The notes beneath the pieces were generated by a model. The model saw only the letters and a list, made by a program, of their open reading frames with translations. It was not told where the DNA came from and made no database searches. A stretch of DNA of 64,000 nucleotides from Octopus sinensis. Lineage: Eukaryota. The stretch covers positions 129,952,001 through 130,016,000 of the forward strand of contig NC_043001.1 of assembly GCF_006345805.1 (NCBI RefSeq), read 5' to 3'. Shown piece by piece: positions 38,191 through 51,348 of the stretch. The position numbers and the translations under genes are program-made. The stretch's first letter is position 1; each line of letters starts with the position of its first letter.

Positions 38191-39169
38191 TCAAGTTTTT
38201 TATACAGTGTTTTAACTTTTAAATCACAACAGACCTCACACTATGCAATCAGAAACTCTCCCATGTGGTAGGTAAGAGTTTGTTTCACACAAATCCACAG
38301 CTATTATGTATGATTAACTATAAATTTTGGTCAGTGAAGATATCCGGAAATTAGATCTCTATAATCAGTACTACAGAATATACATATTTATCAGGCTTTC
38401 TGATAACTCAAAGACACCGAAGAGGAGGATAAATTATGAAAAGAAAAGCTCAACAGTAAACTCTTTTAAAGTGATTTTAATGCACAGAAGCCTGAAAGGT
38501 TAGAAAATTTATTAGTGACAAATTCAGTGTTCAAAAGTATCACAAAATGCAGGTCTTACAGGTCCATAATAAAGCTGATTTATAAATAAGAACCTAACAT
38601 GGGTAGATATAACAGCTTTAAATGTCAAACCTTAAACTTATTAACAAAACCAACAAATATCGATTTAAAATTTTAGCACAAGGCCAGCAATTTCAGGGAT
38701 GGGGATAAGTCAATTACATCGACCCCAGTGCTCAACCGGTACTTATTTTATCATTCAATTGAAAGGAATGAAAGGCAAAGTCAACCTCAGCAGAATTTGA
38801 AATCAGAACATAACAAAGGTGGTGAGCTGGCAGAACTATTAGCATGTCAGGCAATATGCTTAGTTGCATTTCATAAGTCCTTATGTTCTGAGTTCAAATT
38901 CTGCTGAGGTCAACTTTGCCTTTCATTCTTTAAATGGCAGTGCATCAGCATAGCCACAGCTGAAACTAGAGAAAGAAAAAAAAACCCAGATGAAATGCTG
39001 CTAAGCATTTTGCCCAGCCTCCAGAAAAAACCTACAAATATTGATACTTAAAATCAAAACAATTGAAAGATACCAGCATGGAAAACAGATGTACATCCAA
39101 AATAAAGGGGAAGAAATTTTCAAATTTTAAACTAAAGTTAATCAGGTGCCATATTTTGTTAATATCAGA

Positions 39170-39492
39170 TATGAGCAAAACGCCCCCCGTCCAACTGTCC
39201 CATAGGCCTCCCCCTTAGAGAATCGCTGATTTAACCTAAATTTGAGACACCAGCAAAAGAAGAAATAAAGATAGACTTTTTTCTATTCCAAGAAAAACGA
39301 TTTTACAAATGCACGTTCCCACGGCTTTATCGATCGCATTCTCACCTGGAATCGATTTTTGTAATATTTTCAAGACTTATACACGCCCTGATACCGTCGG
39401 TATCTACATATCAAATTTGAGCGCAATCGGATGGAGGATGCCCAAGATCCTAGAAGACACACACAGAGACAGAATGGATTTTATATAATAGA
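39170..39492 (-). mobile_element. 5' part of a non-autonomous Helitron-like element
   Basis: Minus strand starts A|TCtattatataaaatcc...ctgtgtgtgtc...ccgattgcgctcaaatttg. Confidence 0.55.
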
Positions 39493-39899
39493 TTTTTAAA
39501 ATTTGATGAATGTTGAGTGGTTCATAGCATATTTAACAGTGAGACTGATGTTGCACTTCTTTCATATGTAGATGAATATTCGGAAAAGGAGAATTCGAAT
39601 AGTGATGTTTCAGTATTCAAATTTATTTATTATGACATAATGTTAAAAAAAAAAAATGAAACTTATAAAAACACCTACAGAGACACACACATATATGTGT
39701 GTGTTTCCATGAAGAATGTTAACTGGTAGGACAGAAGAGGAAATGAAATACATGCAGTTCTGCTCTCATACAATTCCAATAGTAGAATAAACAATGCTAT
39801 AGTTAAAAGAGTGATGATAGGGTAAATGTTGGGAATAAGAGCTGTGAGAAAAGCTTGACAGGGACATAATGAATGAGTGGGCTTTAATATAAACTGTAA

Positions 39900-40055
39900 A
39901 CTCTTTGAATCTCATATTCTGCTGAGATGAATAGGCCTTCTCAAGCACAATAAATCACCAATCTTGTCCTCAGTCCTTAGACGGTTCCTCTATGAGGCTC
40001 AAAATCCTTAGATTAGTTTTCTCTACTTCAAGCCATCTCTTCTTAGACCTCCAAC
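39900..40055 (-). pseudogene. Old RTE ORF C-terminal remnant
   Basis: Minus strand ...SKKRWLEVEKTNLRILSLIEE...LEK, similar to the RTE C-terminus. Confidence 0.45.
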
Positions 40056-40864
40056 TTCTATATATAATGTGAAATACTTTATTTAAAGCAGCAGGTATTG
40101 TTGAATTTTCTGCTGCTTTAAATAAAGCATATTACTCTACCACTGGTATTTGAGTACTCTTTTTTCCACCTTGTTTCACATTTATGTGTTTACTCCGGTA
40201 TAATGTGAAATATATAGATAAAAATGTATAGAGATATATAATAATTATGAATGATATAAAAGATACATATATTTTGACATTGTTGTGTTTTCTTAGATAA
40301 AGCTACTCCAGACTAATGAATCTAACACAAGTTTGTGGCTCTTGCAAACAACTTCAGCAAACAAATCATTTGCTGACGAGTGCTGTTACCTGCGAACCAA
40401 TGGCTGAGGAAATACAGAGATGTCAAAATACCAGGTATCCAAAAGTCCCCTTATAACACTAAATCAAGTATTATGAACACATGTTCATCACAAAGAGTTT
40501 GCTCTTCAATGATGTAATACAACAGCAATTAGTTTATTCACATTCAAATCTACAAGAATCTATTAAGAATGACTATATAAGCCATTGATCAGGTTTTCAC
40601 TGTTCACCATGCACTTAGTAATTTGTTTTTAGGGGCAGATATCAACAAGCATCAGTAAATAATTTGTTTGTTGAAGATTATAAACAAGTGGCACAAACTC
40701 TTGTTAAATTCATTAGCCTGGGGTAGCTTTGGTTGAGAAGAAACAATGATATCAAAACACAGGATGTCCCAAAGTCTACTTACACTAATGAATTGAAAAG
40801 AAAAGTTGTTTTTCCATGACAATATAATAGCTCAGAGGAAATAGCTTTGTGAATTATCAACAAA

Positions 40865-41037
40865 TAGGTGCAGGAGTGGCTGTGTGGTAAGTAGCTTGCT
40901 AACCAACCACATGGTTCCAGGTTCGGTCCCACTGCGAGGCATCTTGGGCAAGTGTCTTCTACTATAGCCTTGGGCCGACCAAAGCCTTGTGAGTGGATTT
41001 GGTAGACGGAAACTGAAAGAAGCCTGTCGTATATATG

Positions 41038-41110
<73 letters not shown>

Positions 41111-41334
41111 ATGTTTGTGTGTTTGTGTTTGTCCCCCTAGCATTGCTTGACAACCAATGCTGGTCTGTTTACGTCCCCGTCACTTAGCGGTTTGGCAAAA
41201 GAGCTCGATAGAATAAGCACTGGGCTTACAAAGAATAAGTCCCGGGGTCGATTTGCTCGACTAAAGGCGGTGCTCCAGCATGGCCGCAGTCAAAATGACT
41301 GAAACAAGTAAAAGAGTAAAGAGTAAAAAGAGTA
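40865..41334 (+). mobile_element. Family A SINE, young full copy
   Basis: Near consensus. Confidence 0.93.
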
Positions 41335-42704
41335 AATAAATGAAGAGATAGGAATTTAGATTTTACTCTTTGAGAAAAATGAGTTCCTACCAAAAATTAA
41401 GTATTTGTACTCACAAAATAACACAAAAGTAATTCAAAATGGGTGTGGGTAAGATTCTGACTAAATGCAAAAGCAGTTGAAAGTTTTCAGAAAGTAGCTA
41501 TCTTCTGTTTATGAAGAGAATATAATTTTTACACCTTTGAAACTGAGGAAAGTCAGAAGTCGATGAGAAATAAATAGAATAACATTTTGAACTTGCGTGG
41601 GTGGCAGTGGTGATGTCTTTGAGTTAATAATTTTTTCCTTTACACAGCACATTTAAAACACTGTCAATCAAACCATAACTCAATATATTGACACATAGAA
41701 TATGTTGTCAACTAAAGCCCCACTTCTTGCTGTGAATGTACACAATGTGCTGTCAATCAAAAGGTCCAATTTTCTATGTGAATGCACAGAATATGGCAGC
41801 ATTCAGAATTCTACAATGGTTGCAGTGAGAGAATAAGAATCACATTGTTTGTTTGACTGATTCATTCTTCATTCCCTTGACCACACAGCAGGACTGTTTA
41901 ACTGTTAAATTAGTACTGCTTGTCATCAAGAATATCTGGCTTATCTTTTTAATATATAAAAATAAACTTTTGTAAAACTTAATATTAATCAATCCATCTG
42001 AATCTAGAAAATTCATAGACCAAAATATAAAACAAAACAAAAAAAATTAATGATCATACAATGAGGAAACACTTCAAAAGAATAACCATCATCATTATCA
42101 TTATTATTTATCACTTTCCTATGCTGGAATGTGTTAGGTGGGTCATTACAGATATAAGACATTGTATTTTAAAGTGTATAAGTAACCCGTTTTTTGTCAA
42201 AAGTTAGATTAAAAAACATGGGAGTTTCTTATATGTGTATAGTATTATAATCCCTTACAAAACCTTTTCCCAGATTTTAAACCTAAAAAATTAGGGGATC
42301 CCTTATACACGTTAAAATACAGTACTTTCTTTCTAGAAAAGTTATGGACCACATCTCACTTGTACCCTATATTTTTTGGCATGGTTTTGCAGTTTGATGC
42401 TCTTCTTTGTCTAAGAGACTGTACAATGGGATCAAACTCAGAACAACATGGTTGCAAAGTGAGCTGATCGACCATACAACCATAACTGATATACTTATTA
42501 TAGCGCTGCTAAAAGATCACAAATAAATCTACTTTCACTGCAATTTGTACTTAGATTGTAAAGGGATGCAGCTGAATTGTACAAAGAATTTTGTCTGGCC
42601 CTGTGTCAATAATCATATTAATCCTTTTCCCTTGTTGTAGTGAAAATGGTACTCTCCTTCCCACATGACAAAGTGGTCATAACAGTTTGAGAAAAAATAA
42701 CATT

Positions 42705-43090
42705 TTATGAGCAGGTGAGTTCCTTCAAGCATTGGGCCTCATGGAGGCAAAGTGGCCAAGCTCCTTTCAAGTGTTGGGCCTCACATAGGCAATGACCAAG
42801 ACCTTTGGCATTATGTTGTGCTTGAGAAGAAGACCCATCAAGCCAAGAAAAAAAATTACAGTTGTGGCAGATACCAGTGTTGCTCAAATGGCTCCCATGC
42901 TGGTGGCATGTAAAAGCACCCATTACACTCTCGGAGTGGTTGGTGTTAGGAAGGGCATCCAGCTGTAGAAAACCATGCCAAATCAGATTGGAGTCTGGTG
43001 CAGCCTTCCAGCATGCCAGCCCAGTCAAACTGTCCAACCCATGCCAGCATGGACAACAGACGTTTAATGATGATGATGATGATGATGAGG
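42705..43090 (+). mobile_element. RTE 3'UTR fragment, same subfamily as 30232-31280
   Basis: Shares gaagacccatcaagccaag and the tail. Ends in (GAT)n. Confidence 0.85.
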
Positions 43091-43870
43091 TAATGAGATT
43101 TGAAACAAATGTACTTGTTCAATGCAAAATTGGTGGAACCAAAATCTTCCAAATCAAACTACAGTCCAGATAAATCAGCCACATAATGCATGTATAGGAA
43201 TCAAATACACACAAGCAAATCTTGTATGACAAAAAAAAAAAAATACAAGATAGTGACTCTCTAAATATATAGGATCTTACTTCATTCCACAGAAAAAATT
43301 AGCAGATAATTGCTAAATCCTTGGATTCACTACCTCTAAACTTGGAAGACAAATTTATCCTAAGGACAAACGTATTCTTCTGCTTCATAGCATTTCAGAG
43401 GTAAGTGATAAAACAATTGATAGAATGTGAGAGACACACTTGAAGCATTCCTAAACAACTCTGACAATACAATGGCAGATGAAAAAAAAAGATAAAATAA
43501 CATAAAATCCTCCACCAGACAAATACTCAGGATCCAGCATCGAATAATAAAGCTATTATGCATCCATACACACAAACAGAACTGTGATCAGAAATTTTAG
43601 ATGTTGGATTACTGAATACTAAGCCAGAAATTCACATCTTGCAGCACCCATTCTATTTCATCTCTGAACAAAGCACACTATCTTGCCTTTTGTTAATAAT
43701 TATTCATTTGATTAAACAAAAATAGAAAGTGTCTTTAAAAAATCTATACACACATTTAAGAATACCATATATAAAGAATATCAGCAAATTTAAAAGCTCC
43801 ATATATTCATAGTCCTATGATACTGACTTATCACATGTTCGGTCACTATCCAACTTAAATCTATTATAGT

Positions 43871-44262
43871 GGAGGCGCAATGGCCCAGTGGTTAGGGCAG
43901 CGGACTCGCGGTCGTAGGATCACGGTTTCGATTCCCAGACTGGGCGTTGTGAGTGTTTATTGAGCGAAATCACCTAAAGCTCCACGTGGCTCCGGCAGGG
44001 GATGGTGGTGATCCCTGCTGTACTCTTTCACCACAACTTTCTCTCACTCTTACTTCCTGTTTCTGTTGTACCTTGTATTTCAAGGGGCCAGCCTTGTCAC
44101 TCTCTGTGTCACGCTGAATATCCCCCGAGAACTACGTTAAGGGTACACGTGTCTGTGGAGTGCTCAGCCACTTACACGTTAATTTCACAAGCAGGCTGTT
44201 CCGTTGATTCGGATCAACCGGAATCCTCGTCGTCGTAACCGACGGAGTGTTTCCATCCATCC
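43871..44262 (+). mobile_element. Family D SINE, tail type 3 ((CCAT)n end)
   Basis: D head, with TSD attatagt (43863-43870, 44263-44270). Confidence 0.9.
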
Positions 44263-44591
44263 ATTATAGTTTTTGTTGCACAAACCTTGCAGCATTTCAC
44301 ATACCATGAGGCAGCAAGCTGGCAGAATAGTTGCCATGCTTGGCACAATGCTAAGCAGGATTTCATCCATTTTTACATTTTGAGTTTAAATTCCACAGGA
44401 GTCGGTTCTAACTTTCATCCTTTCAAGGTCAATAAAGTAAGTACCAGTTATGTACTGCGGTCAATGTTATCGACTAATCCCCTCCCCTTAAATATTTCAG
44501 GTCTTGTGCTTACAGTGGAAGGGATTATCATCATTGTTATCATTACATCAGTCAGATGGCAGAATTGTTAACATGATGGACAAAATACTTA

Positions 44592-44994
44592 CTCTCTCTC
44601 TCTCTCTTTACTCTCTTACTTGTTTCAGTCATTTGACTGCGGCCATACTAAAGCACCGCTTTTAGTCGAGCAAATCAACCCCAGGATTTATTCTTTGTAA
44701 GCCTAGTGCTTATTCTATCGGTCTCTTTTGCCAAACCACTAATTTATGAGGACGTAAACACACCACCATCGGTTATATGTTGGGGGGACAAACACAAAGA
44801 CATAAACACACACATGCATATATACATATATATACAACGGGCTTCTTTCAGTTTCTGTCTACCAAATCCACTCACAAGGCTTTGGTCGGCCCGAGGCTAC
44901 AGTAGAAGACACTTGCCGAAGGTGCCATACAGTGGGACTTAACCCGGAACCATGTGGTTGGTAAGCAAGCTACTTACCACACAGCCACTCCTGC
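44592..44994 (-). mobile_element. Family A SINE
   Basis: Reverse complement of the A consensus, flanked by B fragments (44305-44530, 45000-45165). Confidence 0.9.
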
Positions 44995-46807
44995 TTAGCA
45001 ACGTTTTGTCTGTGTTTTTGGTCTGACTTCAAATTCTGCTGGGGTTAGCTTTGCTTTCATCCTTTCAGGATTGATTAAAACAGGTGCTAATTGAGTACAG
45101 GAGCCAATGTAATTGACTTATCCAATAATCCCAAAATTGCTGGCCTTGGGCCAAAATTTGAAACCAATTTTTCATATCCCTTCATGTTCAGAGTTCAGAT
45201 CTGGATGGAGTCAACATTTTGTTACCGGTCTCTCAGTTTGATAAAAAAAAGACTAATGAGGAATATACTGGAGTCAATTAAATTTACTATGCAATACTTC
45301 CTTACAAATCTGAGGCCATATATCAAAGACATAGAATTAAATGAACTGTGTAGAATGCAGCTATACAACCTATGGATATATTCGACATTAACAGCTAAAA
45401 GTGATTTTTATCATTTGGGTCATTTCAGATGTGATCGTCTGGACCGTGGACACAGTATAACAAAGTTGTCAGGTAGGATATAAACCCTGAAACCATTGGC
45501 AGACAAATAACTTGCAGTGTCAACCTTAATGTTATAAAGTCTCATGACCAAGTCTTCAGCTCTAAATAAACAACTCTTATTATTCTATAAGAATTTGGCT
45601 GCAGCTGCTGTGAGGAATACATACAAAATATAGAAAACTGTCAAATTACAGAAATTGTTAAAACAATAAAATAAAGACACAGTAGAAAAGAAAGAAAGAA
45701 ACACCAATGCTGGAATATGATTTTAAATTCAATTTGTTATAATGATAGATTTTACTTTCTCATTAATAAAAGCAGGCAATTACATATGTTTATTTCGCTT
45801 GTTCTTTCTTTCTCATAGTGTGTGTGTGTGTGTGTGTGTGTGCGTGTGTATATATGTATTGACACTTGTGTATATTTTATATATATATATGTATGTATGT
45901 ATGTATTACATAGTCCACCTCCATCAATATAACAAATTATATCATTATGTAGGTAGACATATTTATATATATAATCATGTATATACTCACACACAGATTA
46001 TAATAACAACGTGTCCATGCAGAATAAAATGTAACTCATTATTGACTGCCAAACTATTTTACCATTCCAATGATAAAAGAAAAATTAAATTACAGCAGCT
46101 AATATCAGTGAAAATAATAGCAACTCATACAGAGTGCTGCTAACCCAACTCTGAATTCCATTTTCTTCACACTAAATATATGGCCCTAAAATGATAACAT
46201 ATTCTAAACTATTTCTTCCAAAATCTTAAATGTGTAATCATTATTAGTTCTGGAGTCTTCGAACACCAATTTAATCTTTCTCTTGACATTTAGAAAAGAT
46301 AAGACTGAAATAAAACAAAGAAGTAAAATGTGGGAGGGGGTACGAAGAAAGAAAGAAAGAAAGAGAGTAAATAGAGAATGAATGAATCTGCTATAAGCTG
46401 AGTTCTCTAAATCAATGGTTTTATCAATTCTTATTCACATTATATGAAAAAAAAAAAAAAAAATGATAATAATAATAAAGTATTTTTGTATTAGATTTTT
46501 CCTACTTAAATATGTAGTTGATATCAATATCAACTTTGCAGCTAAACAGACCAAAATAAGCTGTGCACAAACAGGTTATGGTTTCAACACAGAAACTATG
46601 TCAGACATGCAAGGCCACTAGATTTAATGTCTAGGATCCTCATTTTTCAAAATTATGAAGCAACTGAAAAATTGAATGATCAACGCTTGGGTTATGACTT
46701 CCTATCCATTGCAGTCTGTTAGTGTCTCAAGACAAGGCTTATTTTTTAAAAATTCCTTCTCTTTTTTTAAATGATAAATTAGCACCAAGGTTTTCAAAGA
46801 AAGTTAC

Positions 46808-47405
46808 ATAGGCGCAGGAGTGGCTGTGTGGTAAGTAGCTTGCTAACCAACCACATGGTTCTGGGTTCAGTCCCACTGCGTGGCATCTTGGGCAAGTGTC
46901 TTCTGCTATAGCTCCGGGCCGACCAATGCCTTGTGAGTGGATTTGGTAGACGGAAACTGAAAGAAGCCTGTCGTATATATGTATATATATATATGTATGT
47001 GTGTGTGTTTGTGTGCCTGTGTTTGTCCCCCTAGCATTGCTTGACAACCGATGCTGGTGTGTTTATGTCCCACAGCACCTTGGGCAAATATCTTCTACTA
47101 TAGCCTTAGGCCAATCAAAACTTTCTGAGGGAATTTGGTAGATGGAAACTGAAAGAAGCCTGTTGTATATACGTGTGTGGTGTGTGTGTGTGTGTGTATG
47201 TGTGTGTGTCCCACCACTGCTTGACAACTGGTGTTGGTGTTTTTACATGCCTGTAACTTAGCAGTTCAACAAAAGAGACCAACAGAATGAGTACCAGGCT
47301 TAAACATTAAAATATACTGAAGTCATTGCATTTGACTAAAATTCTTCAAGGTGGTGCCCCAGCATGGCTACAGTCTAATGACTGAAACAAGTAAAAGATA
47401 TAAAA
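46808..47405 (+). mobile_element. Two tandem family A SINEs (young 5' part joined to an older copy)
   Basis: The body ccttgggcaa...gaaagaagcctg occurs twice, with a single tail. Confidence 0.8.
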
Positions 47406-47765
47406 AAAGAATAAGGAAAAGAGAGAAAAATGACAATCTAAAAAAAAAAATTTTCTTAAATTTTGTCAAATGAGTTAATTCTAGTTTAACAGTAAATGAT
47501 TGAATATTAGCTGCTGTGCTATAGGGACTTTTGGTTCCACAGCTTTTATCAAACTTGCTGGGTAATATTTATTATAACATAAATAAAGAGAAATAATTAA
47601 TAAATGTAAATGAAACCCAATCAGCTTAATCAATTTGAAATGTTATTAATTAGCAATCAGATATTAGAGAATTATATAAGATGCTTTAAGATATCTAACT
47701 TAGTGGCATCACCTTTGCAAATCCAGAAGAGTTTAATAATACAAGTATTTAGTCTACTATATTCC

Positions 47766-47824
<59 letters not shown>

Positions 47825-47895
47825 GAATGATACAAAATGGTCCTAGGGCTTTAGAAAGAAATGACTGAAATCACAACTGCTACAATAATATATTT

Positions 47896-48126
47896 ATTTC
47901 TTTATTACCCACAAGGGGCTAAACACAGAGGGAACAAACAAGGACAGACAAACGGATTAAGTCGATTATATCGACCCCAGTGCGTAACTGGTACTTATTT
48001 AATCGACCTCGAAAGGATGAAAGGCAAAGTCGACTTCGAAGGAATTTGAACTCAGAACGAAACGGCAGACAAAATATGGCTACGCATTTCACCCGGCGCG
48101 CTAACGTTTCTGCCAGCTCGCCGCCT
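47896..48126 (-). mobile_element. Family B SINE
   Basis: 15-bp TSD tacaataatatattt (47881-47895, 48127-48141). Confidence 0.92.
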
Positions 48127-48717
48127 TACAATAATATATTTCAACCAAAAATGAATCTTGATTTTCTATTTTTTACATGTAAAGAAGATAAATGAGAAAA
48201 ATAGTTGTATAGAGAAAATGATTCCATACACATAAAGCATGAGATTTTGCCAAAGTATGAATTCAAGGAGAATTCATAAATCAGGAACTTTTAAAAGAAA
48301 ATATTTTTTTTAAAAAAAAAGAAGACTACTATGTAATAAAACGATGTAATTCAAGTTAAATTTAAAACAAAACTGGTAAAGAATCTTATACATAAATATA
48401 AAAATATTAATATATAATGATAAAACTTAAATAGATAAATAAATCAAAACTCACTCAATAACTTAAAAATATAACATGAACTTAAAATATTCATTAAGAT
48501 ATTAATCTTCAAATTAATTGCTCAGAAGGTCTGATATGGGGATTGTCATCAATGAAAACTGATCCTATGTGAATAGTGATATTGAAGACTGTAGAATCCT
48601 AAATAAGTATCTTAATGAAGTAGAAAAATATCATAGATTAATTTGAAAGGATTAAGATTAGACTGTAATCCTCGCCTTGGGAAAAGAAAGAATATAGTAT
48701 GTATGTATGTATATGTG

Positions 48718-48761
<44 letters not shown>

Positions 48762-49076
48762 AGCAAAAGAAAAAACAACAGAAACTTAAGTTATTGTGTT
48801 CTTGGCCTTGAGAGAGTACCCATCAGAGTGTATGTATGTGTGAATCCTTACCACTTTCTTTAAAATGATGTATATATGTATGTGTGTGTATGTATGTACA
48901 TACGTATGTATGTAGCAACTGCAGTTCAGATTGAATAATTATACTTATAGATGTTTTTCCAAGTTATAAGATTTTAAATTATTTCCATCTCTCCCCCTCC
49001 CTCTCTCTCTCTCTGTTCCTTCTTTCACACATAGATTTGTGAGCATGTGTGCGTGTATATGTGTGTGTGTGTATGT

Positions 49077-49111
<35 letters not shown>

Positions 49112-49833
49112 AATAAGTGAAAGAATTTATGCGTATCACAAATAGATTTGAAAATATAAATACATTTTTTCCTGTTCATTATTTAAATATCAAACTCTTA
49201 AATACATACATAATTAACAATCAATTCAAGAAAACAATACTCATTCAAGAAGTGAGAAAGGAAATGAGACATATATAGAAAAGTCTATGCATGAATATGT
49301 GTGTGTGTGTGTGTACATGTGTGCATGTGTGTGTGTACATGTGTGCATGTGTGTAGGTGTCTGCGTGCCTGTGTGTGCATGCTTGTGTGTACACGTGCGG
49401 AGGACTTATCCTATTCTGAAATGATTGCTATAATTTTTCATTATTGAAATCCTCAAACATTATGCACAATGATGATGATTATGAATAACAATACTGCTAA
49501 TGATGATGACAATGACGATGATGTTATTGCTTGTATTTAGAAGTGATTTCAAACTAAATTTGCTCTCATAGTTGTAAATGTTCCATCATACAAATATATT
49601 TACTTAATCGTATTCAAATTGTCAGTCATTTCAGATAGACATGAAAAATGTAAAACAGAACATTTTTTTTTGTGTGATTTTTTAAAAAACTTGCTATCAT
49701 CATTAAAGATGAAATTGAGAATTTATAAATGCAAATAAAGCACATGATACTAATAAAAACAAAATACTACATTGTTGACCAATAGGTATGGAAGTTTCAA
49801 ATTCTGCAACAACTAGAGTGCAGCATTCCTTAA

Positions 49834-50009
49834 CCCCTTACCCGGCAGAAACGAATATATGCGTTTTGACCTAAATCGTTTTTTTCTATCTCTGGCGAGT
49901 TAACTCGTCAAAAGATAGACTCGCCAAAATCAACAATTAAAAAATAAAACAATTAAAAAATATGTCTGAAAAAATACATTTATTTTCAAAATAATTGTTG
50001 GGTAAGGGG
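49834..50009. mobile_element. piggyBac-type MITE, internally deleted copy of 7979-8287
   Basis: Same TIRs and TTAA TSDs. Confidence 0.9.
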
Positions 50010-50269
50010 TTAATAACCTTTTAGCATTTGAACTGACCATATCCAGCTCAAATATTCTATTTGTTTTATGTTCAAACTGACCAGATCTAACCTTATACTA
50101 GTGTCAAGGAAAAAGCAAACAACCACATCATCAATATCTGAGAACTATGAGGTAATGCATGATTATTACATTTCCCAACTTGTAAAAACAGTTGGCTGGG
50201 AACCAGTATCTGCTTTTAATGACTTTTTGACCAAAAGGATGAAAGCTTCTTCACCAATGCCATCTAAGG

Positions 50270-50625
50270 ACTTATTTCAGTCTTTAGACTGTGGCCATGC
50301 TGGGGCACTGCCTTGAGGAATTTGTAGTTGAATGAATCGACCCCAGCACTTTGTTTTTAAGCCTAGTACTTATTCTATCGACCCCTTTTGCCAAACCACT
50401 ATGTTGTGGGCATGGAAACACACCAACAACGGTTGTGAAGCAGTGGTGGGGGACAAACACAAAAGTATGTATACATACGATGGGTTTCTTTCAGTTTCCT
50501 TCTATCAACTCCACTCACAAAGCTTTGATCACTCCCAGGCTATAGAAGATATTTTCCCAAAGTGCCACGAAGAGGGACTGAATCCAGAACCATGTGATTG
50601 GAGAGCAAGCTTCTTACCACACAAC
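50270..50625 (-). mobile_element. Family A SINE, diverged
   Basis: Reverse complement of the A consensus. Confidence 0.8.
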
Positions 50626-51109
50626 CAGTTAAAGAATATTGAACAACATATTATTATGTTGCATGAAAACAATAATCAAAAATCTATATAATTCCATAAC
50701 CATTTATTGTTTTACATTTGAGGTTCCAATTTAAATTAGTTTGGTGAGATTTTTCTTTTTGTAAAACACAATTGATGACGACCTGATGATGGAGATTTTG
50801 ACAGATTATCGTTACAAATTTCATTGTTGTTGACCCACAGATTAATCTTGATCGATCAGACCTATGACCAAACATGTTCAATCTGTGGCCAATCCCTGTG
50901 TCATCTGAAAGCATGGACATGCAGTGTATTTGCTTGCAGCCCCATGGGTAGAGGGACCAAATACTAATCTATGCATGCTGTCATTTGCCTGGATCAATGA
51001 ATGCTGTGGTTGCTTGCTGTCAATAAATAAATACAACAGAGCCCCATGCATTGATTTTTTAAAGGGTCTATGACACTATTAAGATGGCCTTGCATGTAGC
51101 GTGCACCCA

Positions 51110-51348
51110 ATAAAATGGGTAAAGACCCCTTTTGGTTACGACACCTCGAAAGTTTCCCTCTGAGGCACAAGTCCAGCAAAGGTTATTTATGAAAGATCAG
51201 CAGTCGCACTTGCATACCACGCCACCGATGTTGTCCAAAGGAAAGGCAGGAGCAACGTGAAATGAATACATAACCCTGTCCAGGAATCAGATTCACTACT
51301 TCATGATTGTGAGTTAAACGCTTTAACCACTGAGCCATGGGCCTTCAT
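51110..51348 (-). mobile_element. tRNA-derived SINE, family E (single copy seen)
   Basis: Minus-strand head gaaggcccatggctcagtggttaaagcg (A-box-like) with a decayed B box. Confidence 0.55.

Noticed and set aside
43871-43945. Functional tRNA genes at SINE heads (A, B, D, E and 9750-9820)
   Set aside because: Acceptor stems do not close, there is no T-run terminator, and each continues into a SINE or PLE body.
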